A stretch of 64,000 bases of DNA from an uncultured Polaribacter sp. (GTDB taxonomy: Bacteria > Bacteroidota > Bacteroidia > Flavobacteriales > Flavobacteriaceae), in contig OY729423.1 in NCBI GenBank assembly GCA_963422315.1, forward strand, positions 568,131 to 632,130, read 5' to 3'. Both the position numbers and the translations under genes were made by a program. Shown here one piece after another: positions 19,502 to 28,946 of the stretch. A model generated the notes under the pieces. The model searched no databases. It was not told the DNA's origin and worked only from the letters and a program-made list of their open reading frames with translations. Every line of letters begins with the position of its first letter. Positions within the stretch are counted from its first letter, which is position 1.

Positions 19502-20002
19502 ATGGATCTACAATTCATACAAAGTAAAATTTATAAAATACGAGATCAAAAAGTGATGTTAGATTATGACCTTGCAGAGTTGTATGAGGTGGGTACTAAG
19601 GTATTAAAATAAGCAGTAAGGAGGAATATTAGTCGTTTTCCTTCTGATTTTATGTTTAAATTAGCCAAAGATGAGTTTGATAGTTTGAGGTCACAATTTG
19701 TGACCTCAAAGAGAGGAGGAACAAGATATATGCCTTTTGCATTTACAGAACAAGGTGTAGCTATGCTTACCAACATATTAAAAAGCGAGAAAGCAATAGA
19801 AATAAATATACAAATAGTAAGAGCCTTTGTATTTATTAGGAGGTATGCCCTTTCTCATCAAGGCCTAACAGATAAGTTGATAGAGTTAGAGGGTAAGTAT
19901 GACAATAAATTTGCAGATGTATATGAGGCTCTAAAATACCTACTTGATAAAGATAAAAAAGAGATTGAGCAAGATAACAGAACAAAAATAGGGTTTAAGT
20001 AG
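19502..20002 (+). pseudogene. ORF6N (KilA-N-like) DNA-binding domain gene with an in-frame TAA
   Basis: MDLQFIQSKIYKIRDQKVMLDYDLAELYEVGTKVLK-stop(19610-19612)-AVRRNISRFPSDFMFKL... continues in the same frame into the 116-aa ORF. Confidence 0.7.
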
Positions 20003-20129
20003 TTTAGCTTCTGTGGGTGAATATTTGAGTATTGGTGGTAATGATGCCTTAATCTATCCGCCACCGCACGATTCTACCGTGTGTTATTATTAAGCTCTAA
20101 ACATTAAGCATTCTAAAAATAAAAGCATT

Positions 20130-20454
20130 ATGAGCGATTATTCAGAAAAACAATTAAATGACGTTTGGGAAAAAGCAGAAATCGTAGATCAAAATCCGAA
20201 AATACGAATGAAAAAAGGATTGTGCTGGAGCTTGGGTTAACAGAAAAAAACATGGTAGTCATGGTTTTCCTTATGGATAGGATGTTGACCATGCTAAACC
20301 TCTATCAAAAGGTGGAGCAAATAATCTTGATAATTGGATTCCTCTTCAATGGGAAAATAATCAAAAAAAATCAGATGATTATCCGAAACTTCAAACAGCA
20401 GTAACTTCAGAGGGAATTAAAAATATTTACCAAGCTAAAGACTGGAATTATTAA
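20130..20454 (+). pseudogene. Small HNH endonuclease gene, frameshifted and with an in-frame TAG
   Basis: Frame 0 gives MSDYSEKQLNDVWEKAE.... After an A-run (20211-20216) the reading shifts by +1 to ...DCAGAWVNRKKHGSHGFPYG-TAG(20278-20280)-DVDHAKPLSKGGANNLDNWIPLQWENNQKKSD. Confidence 0.65.
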
Positions 20455-20575
20455 TAAAAGCCTCCACTACCGCACGACTGCATTGTGCCGTAGTGGGGAG
20501 TAGGAAAATGAAAAACAAAATTCTATCTTTGCAAACTAAACAACAACGTAGTGAAACTTAACAGGTATTATTATA

Positions 20576-20617
20576 AAAAAAATTATCTAGCATAAATACT
20601 AAAACACTAAATTTGTG
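20576..20617. repeat. 42-bp direct repeat, copy 1 (AAAAAAATTATCTAGCATAAATACTAAAACACTAAATTTGTG)
   Basis: Identical to 21566-21607 by direct reading. Confidence 0.9.
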
Positions 20618-20619
20618 GT

Positions 20620-20916
20620 ATGAGAACAAGAGAAAATATCTTACAAAACTTGCAGGCTATTAAGCCAAAAATAGCGAGTTTGGGCATCCGAGAAATAGGA
20701 CTTTTCGGTTCGCATCAAAGAAATGAACAAACAGAAAAAAGTGATATTGATATTCTGATAGATTTTGAACCTCAAAAAGAAACATACGATAATTTATTAG
20801 CTGTTTATGACGTAATCGAAGAGATACTTAAAGGGCAAAAATTAGATATTGTTACTAAGAATGGATTAAGTCCATACATAGGTCCAAAAATTTTAAATGA
20901 AGTAGAATATGTCTAA
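20620..20916 (+). CDS. Nucleotidyltransferase (MNT/MntA-like) antitoxin
   Basis: 98 aa with the GS...DxD minimal NTase motif (GLFGSHQRNEQTEKSDIDILIDF). It overlaps the downstream HEPN gene by 8 nt. Confidence 0.8.
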   Translation: MRTRENILQNLQAIKPKIASLGIREIGLFGSHQRNEQTEKSDIDILIDFEPQKETYDNLLAVYDVIEEILKGQKLDIVTKNGLSPYIGPKILNEVEYV

Positions 20917-21253
20917 AGAGGCTATTGAATACCTAAAACACATTCGAGATGAATGTTTTTATATTGTTTTAACAATCAAAGAATCAGGAATAAGCAAAAG
21001 TGAGTTCGTTGAGAATGAGACGCTAAAAAGAGCTGTTGTTAGAAGTTTGGAAATTATCGGAGAAGCCACCAAGAAAATTCCAATTGATGAAAAACTAAAA
21101 TATCCAACAATACATTGGAAAAATATGGCAGGAATGAGAGATAAACTTATCCATGACTATATTGGAGTGAACTACTCCATTGTTTGGAGTGTAGTGGAAA
21201 ATAAAATTCCTGAACTATACGAACAAATTACAAAGGTGATAGAAAAAGAATAA
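20909..21253 (+). CDS. HEPN (DUF86/HepT-like) toxin
   Basis: 114 aa with the R-x4-H motif (RDKLIH), paired with the MNT gene. Confidence 0.8.
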   Translation: MSKEAIEYLKHIRDECFYIVLTIKESGISKSEFVENETLKRAVVRSLEIIGEATKKIPIDEKLKYPTIHWKNMAGMRDKLIHDYIGVNYSIVWSVVENKIPELYEQITKVIEKE

Positions 21254-21565
21254 AAACTACTGGCAATAAAGATAGTCGCGGCACAACTCTTAAATTTTAA
21301 AAATAACGCCCACCACTACCGCACAATCTAATCGCATAGCTATAAAAGACAGATTGCTGTTGTTTTTAGAATGTTTGATATTTAGAAGTTAGTAATACTA
21401 CAAGTTGCAATGTATTATCTTACAAAAAAAAGGACCTGTGATAAGTACTGATTTTTGACGAATATATTAGAAGCACAAAATTTTGCATCTCTACTTTTAT
21501 TTGTATAAAAGTCAAAAAAAATCCAAAAAAGCGAAGGTTTATTTTAGGCACTATATAAAAAAAAT

Positions 21566-21607
21566 AAAAAAATTATCTAGCATAAATACTAAAACACTAA
21601 ATTTGTG
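21566..21607. repeat. 42-bp direct repeat, copy 2
   Basis: Identical to 20576-20617. It lies 40 bp upstream of nqrA. Confidence 0.9.
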
Positions 21608-21646
21608 CGATTATTTTTTTAAACAGGTAATATTTTCAAATTTAAT

Positions 21647-22996
21647 ATGCCGAAAGACATTCATATTAAAAAAGGTTTGCACATAAACTTGGTTGGCGAA
21701 TCAGAAAAAACAACTTCAAATATTCCAATTAGTAGTATTTATGGGCTAAGATTAGAATCTTTTCACGGAATTACTCCCAAGCTTATTGTTAGGCAAGGTT
21801 CTAATATAAAAGCTGGAGAAGCCCTTTTTTATTCAAAAAATGACGAACGAATTTTATTTCCTAGTCCAGTTTCAGGTAAAGTAGTAGAAATAGTTCGCGG
21901 TGAGAGAAGAAAAGTTTTAGAGATAAAGATTAAGTCTGATAGTAAGCAAGTTTATAAAAATTTTGGTAAACAAGAAGTTAGCAAGATGACCGGTGAGGAA
22001 GTGAAAAATCATTTATTTACCTCATGTTGTTGGCCTTTTATAAAACAAAGACCTTATGACCTTATAGCAAATCCGAACTCGAAGCCAAAATCTATTTTTA
22101 TTTCAGGGCATATAAGTACTCCTTTATCGCCTGATTTAGATTATATTTTAGCTGGTAAAGAATTAGAATTACAGGTTGCAATTTCTGCAATTTCTAAACT
22201 AACCGAAGGTAAAGTTCACGTATCGGTAGAAGCTAATTCAAAATCTCCTTTAGCAAAATTGTCTAACGTAGAAGTGCATAAAGTGTCTGGTCCTCACCCT
22301 TCTGGAAATGTAGGCACTCAAATTGCTAAAATAGACCCTATTAACAAAGGAGAAGTTGTTTGGACTATAACGCCTCAAGATTTAGTCGTAATAGGCGAAT
22401 TACTATTAACAGGAAAATTTAATATAGAAAGAACAATTGCCTTATTGGGTTCATGTTTTAAAAAGCCCAAATACGTTAAAGCTATTTCTGGTGCTTCGAT
22501 AAAAGATATAGTTGCAAGCAACTTAAATAATGACAACACAAGAATTATAAACGGCAATGTTTTAACTGGTTCTAAGGTGAGCGAAGACGGTTTTTTAGAT
22601 TATTATAATAACCAAATTACTGCAATACCGGAAGGAAATGATTATGACTTTTTCGGTTGGAATAAACCAATTTTTAATAAAATATCTATCTCAAGGGCAC
22701 TGACGTTTTCGTGGTTAAATCCAAATAAGAAATATAAATTAAACACTAACACAAACGGAGAACGCAGAGCATTTGTAGTAACTGGTGCTTACGAAGAAGT
22801 ATTCCCTTTAGACATCTATCCGATGCAGCTATTAAAAGCCTTCTTGGTAAAAGATTTAGACGGGATGGAGGCTTTAGGTGGTTACGAAGTTGCACCAGAG
22901 GACTTTGCACTAACAGAATTTGTTTGCGTATCGAAGCAGCCTCATCAAAAAATTATACGCGAAGGTTTAGACTTAATGAAAGAAGAATTAGGATAA
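21647..22996 (+). CDS. nqrA: Na+-translocating NADH:quinone reductase subunit A
   Basis: 449 aa with a typical NqrA N-terminus and length, followed by nqrBCD. Confidence 0.9.
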   Translation: MPKDIHIKKGLHINLVGESEKTTSNIPISSIYGLRLESFHGITPKLIVRQGSNIKAGEALFYSKNDERILFPSPVSGKVVEIVRGERRKVLEIKIKSDSKQVYKNFGKQEVSKMTGEEVKNHLFTSCCWPFIKQRPYDLIANPNSKPKSIFISGHISTPLSPDLDYILAGKELELQVAISAISKLTEGKVHVSVEANSKSPLAKLSNVEVHKVSGPHPSGNVGTQIAKIDPINKGEVVWTITPQDLVVIGELLLTGKFNIERTIALLGSCFKKPKYVKAISGASIKDIVASNLNNDNTRIINGNVLTGSKVSEDGFLDYYNNQITAIPEGNDYDFFGWNKPIFNKISISRALTFSWLNPNKKYKLNTNTNGERRAFVVTGAYEEVFPLDIYPMQLLKAFLVKDLDGMEALGGYEVAPEDFALTEFVCVSKQPHQKIIREGLDLMKEELG

Positions 22997-23001
22997 TAAC
23001 T

Positions 23002-24267
23002 ATGAGTTTAAAACAAAAACTACACAAGCTAAAACACAAATATAAAGACACTAAAATGTCCCCTGCATTTAATGCACTACATACTTTTTTATATACCCCA
23101 AACGAAGTTACGGAAGAAGGAACTCACATCAAAGCAGCTGATGACTTAAAACGCACTATGAATATTGTAATCATGTCTTTAGTTCCTTGCCTGATATTTG
23201 GGATGTTTAATGCTGGATATCAGCACTATGCAGCTATTGACAATTCTTTAAGGTCCGATATTATAACAAATTTTTTTACTTGGGATAACTTGTGGATTGG
23301 AATTATAAAAGTAATGCCATTAGTAATTGTTTCTTATGCAGTAGGGCTTGGTATTGAATTTATTTTTGCAGTTATCAAAGGACACGAAGTAGAAGAAGGC
23401 TATTTAGTAACTGGAATGTTAGTGCCTCTAATTATACCAATAGATACACCTTTATGGATGCTATCGGTTGCAGTTGTTTTCGGAGTTATAATAGGAAAAG
23501 AAATTTTTGGCGGAACTGGAATGAATATTTTAAACCCAGCACTAACTATAAGAGCTTTCTTATTCTTTGCCTACCCAACTTGGATGTCGGGTGATAAAGT
23601 TTGGGTATATGATGCTGTAAACAGAACTGGCGAAGCAGATGCCATAACTGGCGAAACTATTTTGGGTTACTATGCAAAATCGGGGCAACAATTAACAGTA
23701 AAAGGCACAAATGGTCTTACAGATGTTGTAACTACTTACGGAGAAAGAGCAGACCAGTTATATTCAAATTGGGATAAATTTTTAGGATTTATTCCAGGCT
23801 CCATAGGAGAAACTTCTACATTACTAATTTTATTAGGGGCAGCTTTTTTAATATTTACAAAAATCGGAAGCTGGAGAATTATTTTATCTACTTTTATTGG
23901 GGCTGCTGTAATGGGAATAATTTTTAATGCCATAGTAGAATTTAATATCATAACAGAATATAGCAAGTTCTACGGACTTATGAAAACAAAATGGTGGGAG
24001 CATTTAATTATTGGAGGCATCGCATTCGGTGCCGTATTTATGGCAACAGACCCAGTTACTGCCTCACAAACAAATAAGGGAAAATGGATTTACGGATTTT
24101 TGATAGGATTTATTTCTATTATGATTAGAGTGTTTAATCCGGCTTACCCTGAAGGAGTATTCTTGGCTATTTTACTAATGAATGTATTTGCTCCAACAAT
24201 AGACCACTATGTAGTAAAAGGAAATATAAAAAAAAGATTAAAACGAGCTAAAATTAAAACCGCCTAA
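23002..24267 (+). CDS. nqrB: Na+-NQR subunit B
   Basis: The ORF track starts at 22924, but the ATG at 23002 (MSLKQKLHKL...) follows the nqrA stop. The protein is polytopic with a conserved C-terminal region. Confidence 0.85.
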   Translation: MSLKQKLHKLKHKYKDTKMSPAFNALHTFLYTPNEVTEEGTHIKAADDLKRTMNIVIMSLVPCLIFGMFNAGYQHYAAIDNSLRSDIITNFFTWDNLWIGIIKVMPLVIVSYAVGLGIEFIFAVIKGHEVEEGYLVTGMLVPLIIPIDTPLWMLSVAVVFGVIIGKEIFGGTGMNILNPALTIRAFLFFAYPTWMSGDKVWVYDAVNRTGEADAITGETILGYYAKSGQQLTVKGTNGLTDVVTTYGERADQLYSNWDKFLGFIPGSIGETSTLLILLGAAFLIFTKIGSWRIILSTFIGAAVMGIIFNAIVEFNIITEYSKFYGLMKTKWWEHLIIGGIAFGAVFMATDPVTASQTNKGKWIYGFLIGFISIMIRVFNPAYPEGVFLAILLMNVFAPTIDHYVVKGNIKKRLKRAKIKTA

Positions 24268-24273
24268 ATTATT

Positions 24274-25062
24274 ATGAGTAACCGAACAGATAGCAATATA
24301 TATACAATAGTTTTTGCCATAATTATGGTATTAATTGTTGGTTCAATGTTAGCCTTTTTTGCTTCGTCATTAAAGCCAAATATCGATGAAAATAAAAGAA
24401 TAGAAAAACAGCAAAACATCCTTTATGCGATGAGTGTTAATGCGAATGACGACTCGAGTGCTAATTTTATTTCTACTGATAAAGCGGATAAAGAATTTAC
24501 AAAGCATATAAAAGAGCAATTAGTTTTATTTACTGACGGCGACAAAATATTAACTCAACAAAATAGAGCTACTTATATGTCAGAAAACAATGGGCAAGAA
24601 CCTTATTTGATTAATATAAAAAAGCAGAAAGCAAATGCAAAAGCAGGTAAGGTCAGAAAGTTACCATTGTTTATCGGCGAAAAAGATGGCAAAACTTATT
24701 ATATAGCACCATTATACGGAAAAGGTTTGTGGGATGCTATATGGTGTTATATCTCGATGGACGAGAATATGATAGTACAAGGAGCGTATTTTGATCACAA
24801 AGGAGAGACTCCTGGTTTAGGTGCAAACATAAAACAACGATTCTTTATGGACGATTTTATCGGAGAGCATTTATTAACAAAGTCCGGTGAATTTAGAGGA
24901 ATAACTATTAAAAAAGGCAATAACGACCCAAACAATAAGGACAAAACAGATTATGAAGTAGATGCTTTAGCTGGTGCTACAATTACTGGCGACGGTGTTT
25001 CTGCTATGATAAAATCAGACTTATCATTGTACGTGCCTTATTTTAGAGCTTTAAAAAAATAA
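24274..25062 (+). CDS. nqrC: Na+-NQR subunit C
   Basis: 262 aa with one N-terminal TM segment and an FMN-attachment-like LAGATITG motif. Confidence 0.85.
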   Translation: MSNRTDSNIYTIVFAIIMVLIVGSMLAFFASSLKPNIDENKRIEKQQNILYAMSVNANDDSSANFISTDKADKEFTKHIKEQLVLFTDGDKILTQQNRATYMSENNGQEPYLINIKKQKANAKAGKVRKLPLFIGEKDGKTYYIAPLYGKGLWDAIWCYISMDENMIVQGAYFDHKGETPGLGANIKQRFFMDDFIGEHLLTKSGEFRGITIKKGNNDPNNKDKTDYEVDALAGATITGDGVSAMIKSDLSLYVPYFRALKK

Positions 25063-25065
25063 ATC

Positions 25066-25713
25066 ATGGCACTTTTATCAAAAAAAGAAAAAAACTTAAT
25101 TACAGACCCTTTATCAGATAATAACCCAATTACAATTCAAGTGTTAGGAATTTGCTCGGCACTGGCAATTACAGCAGAATTAGAAGCGTCAATCGTAATG
25201 TCAATATCTGTAATATTCGTACTAGGAATAGGCAACGTAATAATATCATTAATAAGAAATATAATACCTTCTAAAATAAGAATTGTAGTACAGCTTATTG
25301 TAGTTGCAACCTTAGTTATAATAGTAGATTTAGTGTTAAAAGCCTTTGCTTATGAGCTTAGCAAAACTCTTTCGGTATTTGTAGGTTTAATAATTACAAA
25401 TTGTATAATTATGGGGCGTTTTGAGGCTTTTGCTTTAGGAAACAATCCTTGGAAATCATTTTTAGATGGAGTAGGAAATTCTCTTGGATACGGTGTTATA
25501 TTAATTATTGTCGGGTTTTTTAGAGAATTGTTAGGGTCTGGAACTTTATTAGGCTTTCCTGTTTTAGGCGATCCGATTGAAAAAACTGGCTTATATGCCT
25601 TTGGCTACGAAAACAACGGATTTATGCTACTTTCTCCGATGGCACTGATTGTTGTTGGAATTATAATTTGGATACAGCGCAGTAGAAATAAATTATTAAT
25701 AGAAGAGGATTAA
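25066..25713 (+). CDS. nqrD: Na+-NQR subunit D
   Basis: 215 aa, polytopic, NqrD/RnfE-like. Confidence 0.85.
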   Translation: MALLSKKEKNLITDPLSDNNPITIQVLGICSALAITAELEASIVMSISVIFVLGIGNVIISLIRNIIPSKIRIVVQLIVVATLVIIVDLVLKAFAYELSKTLSVFVGLIITNCIIMGRFEAFALGNNPWKSFLDGVGNSLGYGVILIIVGFFRELLGSGTLLGFPVLGDPIEKTGLYAFGYENNGFMLLSPMALIVVGIIIWIQRSRNKLLIEED

Positions 25714-25796
25714 ATTCCTTCTAAATAGAATTTTATGAATATAAGTGAGATAAACAACAGTGTTGTTTATAATATGAGTTAGTGGTAAGTAAAAAA

Positions 25797-26390
25797 ATGA
25801 AAATGAAAAAAATACTATTTTTATCGTTAATACTTTTATCCTCAAATTTGTTCGGACAAATAGAAATAGAATCTGGAGTTGAAACTATTAAAAGGGCTAT
25901 CTATTCCGAAAACGATACAATCCCAATTGTAAGAAACTTAAAAAGCACAAAAGAGCAAAATAATATTTTATACTTTCTAAATGGAAAGCAAATAAATGAA
26001 CAGGTTATAAGTACAATTAATCCAAAAAAAATTGCAAATATAACAGTAGATAAAGAAAGTGTTGAGCTAAAAAAAGCCAATAGAAAGAGTAAAATATATA
26101 TCAAAACAAAAGATAGCTATATTCCAAATTTAGTTTCTTTAAATGAACTAAAAGCAAAATATTTGAATCTAACAGATAAATATCCTATTCTGTTTATGTT
26201 AGATGAAAAGATAATCAACTTGGATTATGATGAATTTAAAGTGGATGAAAAATATATACTTAAAATGGAAGTTCAATACGTAGAGAATAGCAAAGAAAAA
26301 GTAAATATCATTGTAGTTAGACTAATAACAAGAACCAAAGAAAATATAGAAAAAGCAAATGCAATTAGTATCAGAGGAAATGGCTTTTAA
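25797..26390 (+). CDS. Secreted hypothetical protein
   Basis: The ORF track begins at a GTG (25782); the ATG at 25797 gives MKMKKILFLSLILLSSNLFGQ, a signal peptide. No family was recognised. Confidence 0.5.
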   Translation: MKMKKILFLSLILLSSNLFGQIEIESGVETIKRAIYSENDTIPIVRNLKSTKEQNNILYFLNGKQINEQVISTINPKKIANITVDKESVELKKANRKSKIYIKTKDSYIPNLVSLNELKAKYLNLTDKYPILFMLDEKIINLDYDEFKVDEKYILKMEVQYVENSKEKVNIIVVRLITRTKENIEKANAISIRGNGF

Positions 26391-26555
26391 GGAATAGGTA
26401 AAACCAGCTACTAAAATTGCATATAACATCAGTCTGCCCAAAAATTACTTTAAAAAAATTATAACATTGTTGTCTATCAAGGAGAAAAATTGTAAAATGT
26501 AGCTGTATTTAATGGGTTTTTATATAAATTAAATAGATATTTAAAGCTCCGACTA

Positions 26556-26702
26556 TAGAAGCAGAAGTCCTGGAAACATAAGCAGAAGTCCTGGAAATAG
26601 AAGCAGAAGTCCTGGAAATAGAAGCAGAAGTCATGGAAATAGAAGCAGAAGCCCTGGAAACATAAGCAGAAGCCCTGGAAATATAAGCAGAAGTTCGGAA
26701 AA
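26556..26702. repeat. Tandem array of 7 units of 21 bp (consensus TAGAAGCAGAAGTCCTGGAAA)
   Basis: Units counted by hand. It has the same 21-bp period as the arrays at 5720 and 39299, but the sequence is unrelated. Confidence 0.9.
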
Positions 26703-26849
26703 CGTTTTTAAATAAGCGATAAGGTCAGTATTAACAAAGGCTTTAGGAGTTATTAAAGAAAAAATCGTGTTTAAAAAGGTCTTTGCAAAACATCTAACAA
26801 TGGATATTATACAGAATACAGCAAAAACTTTTAGATAGAAAATTAAATT

Positions 26850-27588
26850 ATGTTTGATATAAAGAATATAGGTTTTCCAAATTTTATGGAAGATGATTTT
26901 AGTATGGAGTGGCATATGAGCAGAAACGAAAGGTATGCCTTTGTTAAGTTATTAGAAAAAATAAAGCCAAAAGTATCAATAGAAATTGGATGTTTTAAAG
27001 GCGGAAGTCTAGAAGTTTTAAGTAAATATTCTAAAAAAGTATATTCAATAGATATAGACTCGTCTGTAAAAGAAATTATAGACGGAAAGTTTAAAAATGT
27101 AGATTTAAGAATTGGTAATTCTTCTGAAATTATACCAAATATACTAAAAGAAATTGATGAAAACAAAGAGGAATTAGAGTTTGTTTTAATAGACGGCGAA
27201 CACACTTATAGTGGAGTTAAAAATGACATAAAACATTTTTTAAAGTATAAGCCAAAAAGCACAATTTATATAATATTTCACGACAGCTTTAATCCTAATT
27301 TGTCGGAAAGCAATTTTGAGTTCTGATTTTAATAGCTCTCCGTATGTTCATTATGTTGAGGTTGATTTTATTACTGGAGCGTTTAGTACTGGAAATCTTT
27401 ATAGACAAATGTGGGGTGGCTTCGCTATAGCGGTCTTGAAGCCAGAAAAAAGAATCGGAAAAATTTCAATTAGTCAATGTCAAAAAAAGATGTATAAGTC
27501 TATTTATTGGCAATCATTACATGTCGTAATAGATAAACTTCTTTTTTTAAAACCGTTTTTTAAAAAATTAAAAAAGCAGCAAACTTAA
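26850..27588 (+). pseudogene. Class I SAM-dependent methyltransferase (Methyltransf_24-like), one frameshift
   Basis: ORFs 26850-27326 and 27316-27588 join through a +1/-1 shift near 27298 (...FHDSFNPN / CRKAILSSDFNSSPYVHYVEVDF...). The motif EIGCFKGGS is present. Confidence 0.6.
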
Positions 27589-27593
27589 AAACC

Positions 27594-27763
27594 CCCACGC
27601 TAACACTCCTTTATAACAACCGCCGTAGTTGTTTATTGTGGGAAATTTATATTTTATACTCCATAACACTAAAATATAAAAAACTTTATTTGATTTTTAG
27701 CTTTTTTTAAAGAGCTTATCTTTTGTGGCATTCGTTACAAACTAGCGACAACAGAGGTTGTTA
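27594..27763. repeat. Copy B of the ~170-bp dispersed repeat
   Basis: See 19311-19476. Confidence 0.65.
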
Positions 27764-27992
27764 TCTAAAATTTGAACGCTACAACAACAGACGCCATTGT
27801 TAGCAATTGTTTTTTCAATTTAATTTATCATTATGTTTTAATAATTTTGTTAATTCTTCATTTTCTATAACGTAGATATTCTAACCACATTTATCTTTCA
27901 TTCTTTTGATGTAATTCATTAGGGGTATTCGTAAAAATCCACGGTTTTAGTTTTTTTGATTTAGAGAACACGAATATTTTTTTGTTAATAAA

Positions 27993-28800
27993 TTATGCTA
28001 CGGATTCTATTTTTGGAGGAATTTCTTTGACGGCTTTTATTTTTTTAGCCATTCTTACCGCATTAGCAGTATGAATACCAAAGCAAATCCATAAGGTTTC
28101 TGTTCGTTTTGTTCTTGCTTTAATCTTATCAAGACCATAGTGTTGTTTTTCAGTACCAAAGCTACCCTCCATTCTGGTTGCTCTTTCTTTGGATAGAATG
28201 CTTCTAAACTGCTTTTGTGCTTTGGCATCTTTGGAAGGCTTCCCTTTAGGAGCAAAACTAGTTTGTATATTGTTGCTAGAGCAGTACTTTCTATTGGTAT
28301 TGGTGGCATAGATGGCATCTGCCGAAAGAGCTTTGGTTTTAGTATGGGTTAGAGATTGTGCAAGATAGACGGAGCTTTGCAAACCAGTACCCTCATTAAA
28401 AGCATCAAAACTTAATCGCTCTATAAAATTAATACCTGTTAAGTTTCACAATCTTATAATCTTTCAAATGCTCTTGGGGGCGTAAATACAGACCACAGAA
28501 AAATTGAAAGTGGTAGTCGATGTTGAGCCGTTATATTAGCTTACGATCTGAATGACCTGTATAGGATTTTTAAAACATTAAAGCTAATTTTCCTTGAAGA
28601 TCAAAAATACCTGGACGCCCTGTAATCTTACGTCTAATCTTTTTACTAAACGATTTTGTTAATAATTTCCACGGAATAGACTGATAAAGATAGCCTAAAT
28701 CGGAGTTGAGAAAACTTTGATAGTAGAGATCAAACTTATCTGACGGAGTTTGAAAATCAATTCGGTTGATAGATTGGAATAAGTTTCGTAAATTTGCCAT
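27993..28800 (-). pseudogene. Degraded DDE transposase gene (N- and C-terminal fragments)
   Basis: The 76-aa fragment (28570-28800) and the 129-aa fragment (27993-28382) lie on the same strand. The C-terminal part ...EGSFGTEKQHYGLDKIKARTKRTE... is transposase-like, and the middle part is missing. Confidence 0.5.
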
Positions 28801-28946
28801 TATAGAAATAATTAAAATTACCCCAAATATAAGGCTCTTTACTTACTTTTTTGGGTTTTTTATTGCTTTTTTATTTCTTAATTTATTAAAAATCAAATAC
28901 TTGTGGTTTTACAAATGTCTCTAATAAATATAAATAAACGAAAATT

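Noticed and set aside
19253-21646. Integron-like gene cassette array with attC sites (also considered for the ATCTAAC / GTTAGC-containing motifs at 6124, 9369, 26781, 27796, 40313 and 60307)
   Set aside because: Some motifs match RYYYAAC (ATCTAAC). However, I could not find properly spaced GTTRRRY partners or the symmetric bulged hairpins of attC sites. There is no integron integrase in the window. I kept this only as a cassette-punctuation observation.
21483-21686. 67-aa ORF upstream of and overlapping the nqrA start
   Set aside because: It is a Lys/Tyr/Phe-rich translation of an AT-rich promoter region that includes the duplicated 42-mer. It overlaps the nqrA start in another frame.
22924-23001. 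Upstream extension of nqrB in the ORF track (similar extensions at 49049-49117 for hemD, 54603-54722 for the coiled-coil gene and 41874-41882 for lpxD)
   Set aside because: The extensions overlap the preceding genes or add non-homologous residues. Internal ATGs give N-termini that fit the families and the gene spacing.
26631-27205. Minus-strand ORFs of 94 aa and 120 aa
   Set aside because: One runs through the 21-bp array and the other is antisense to the methyltransferase pseudogene. There are no supporting features.
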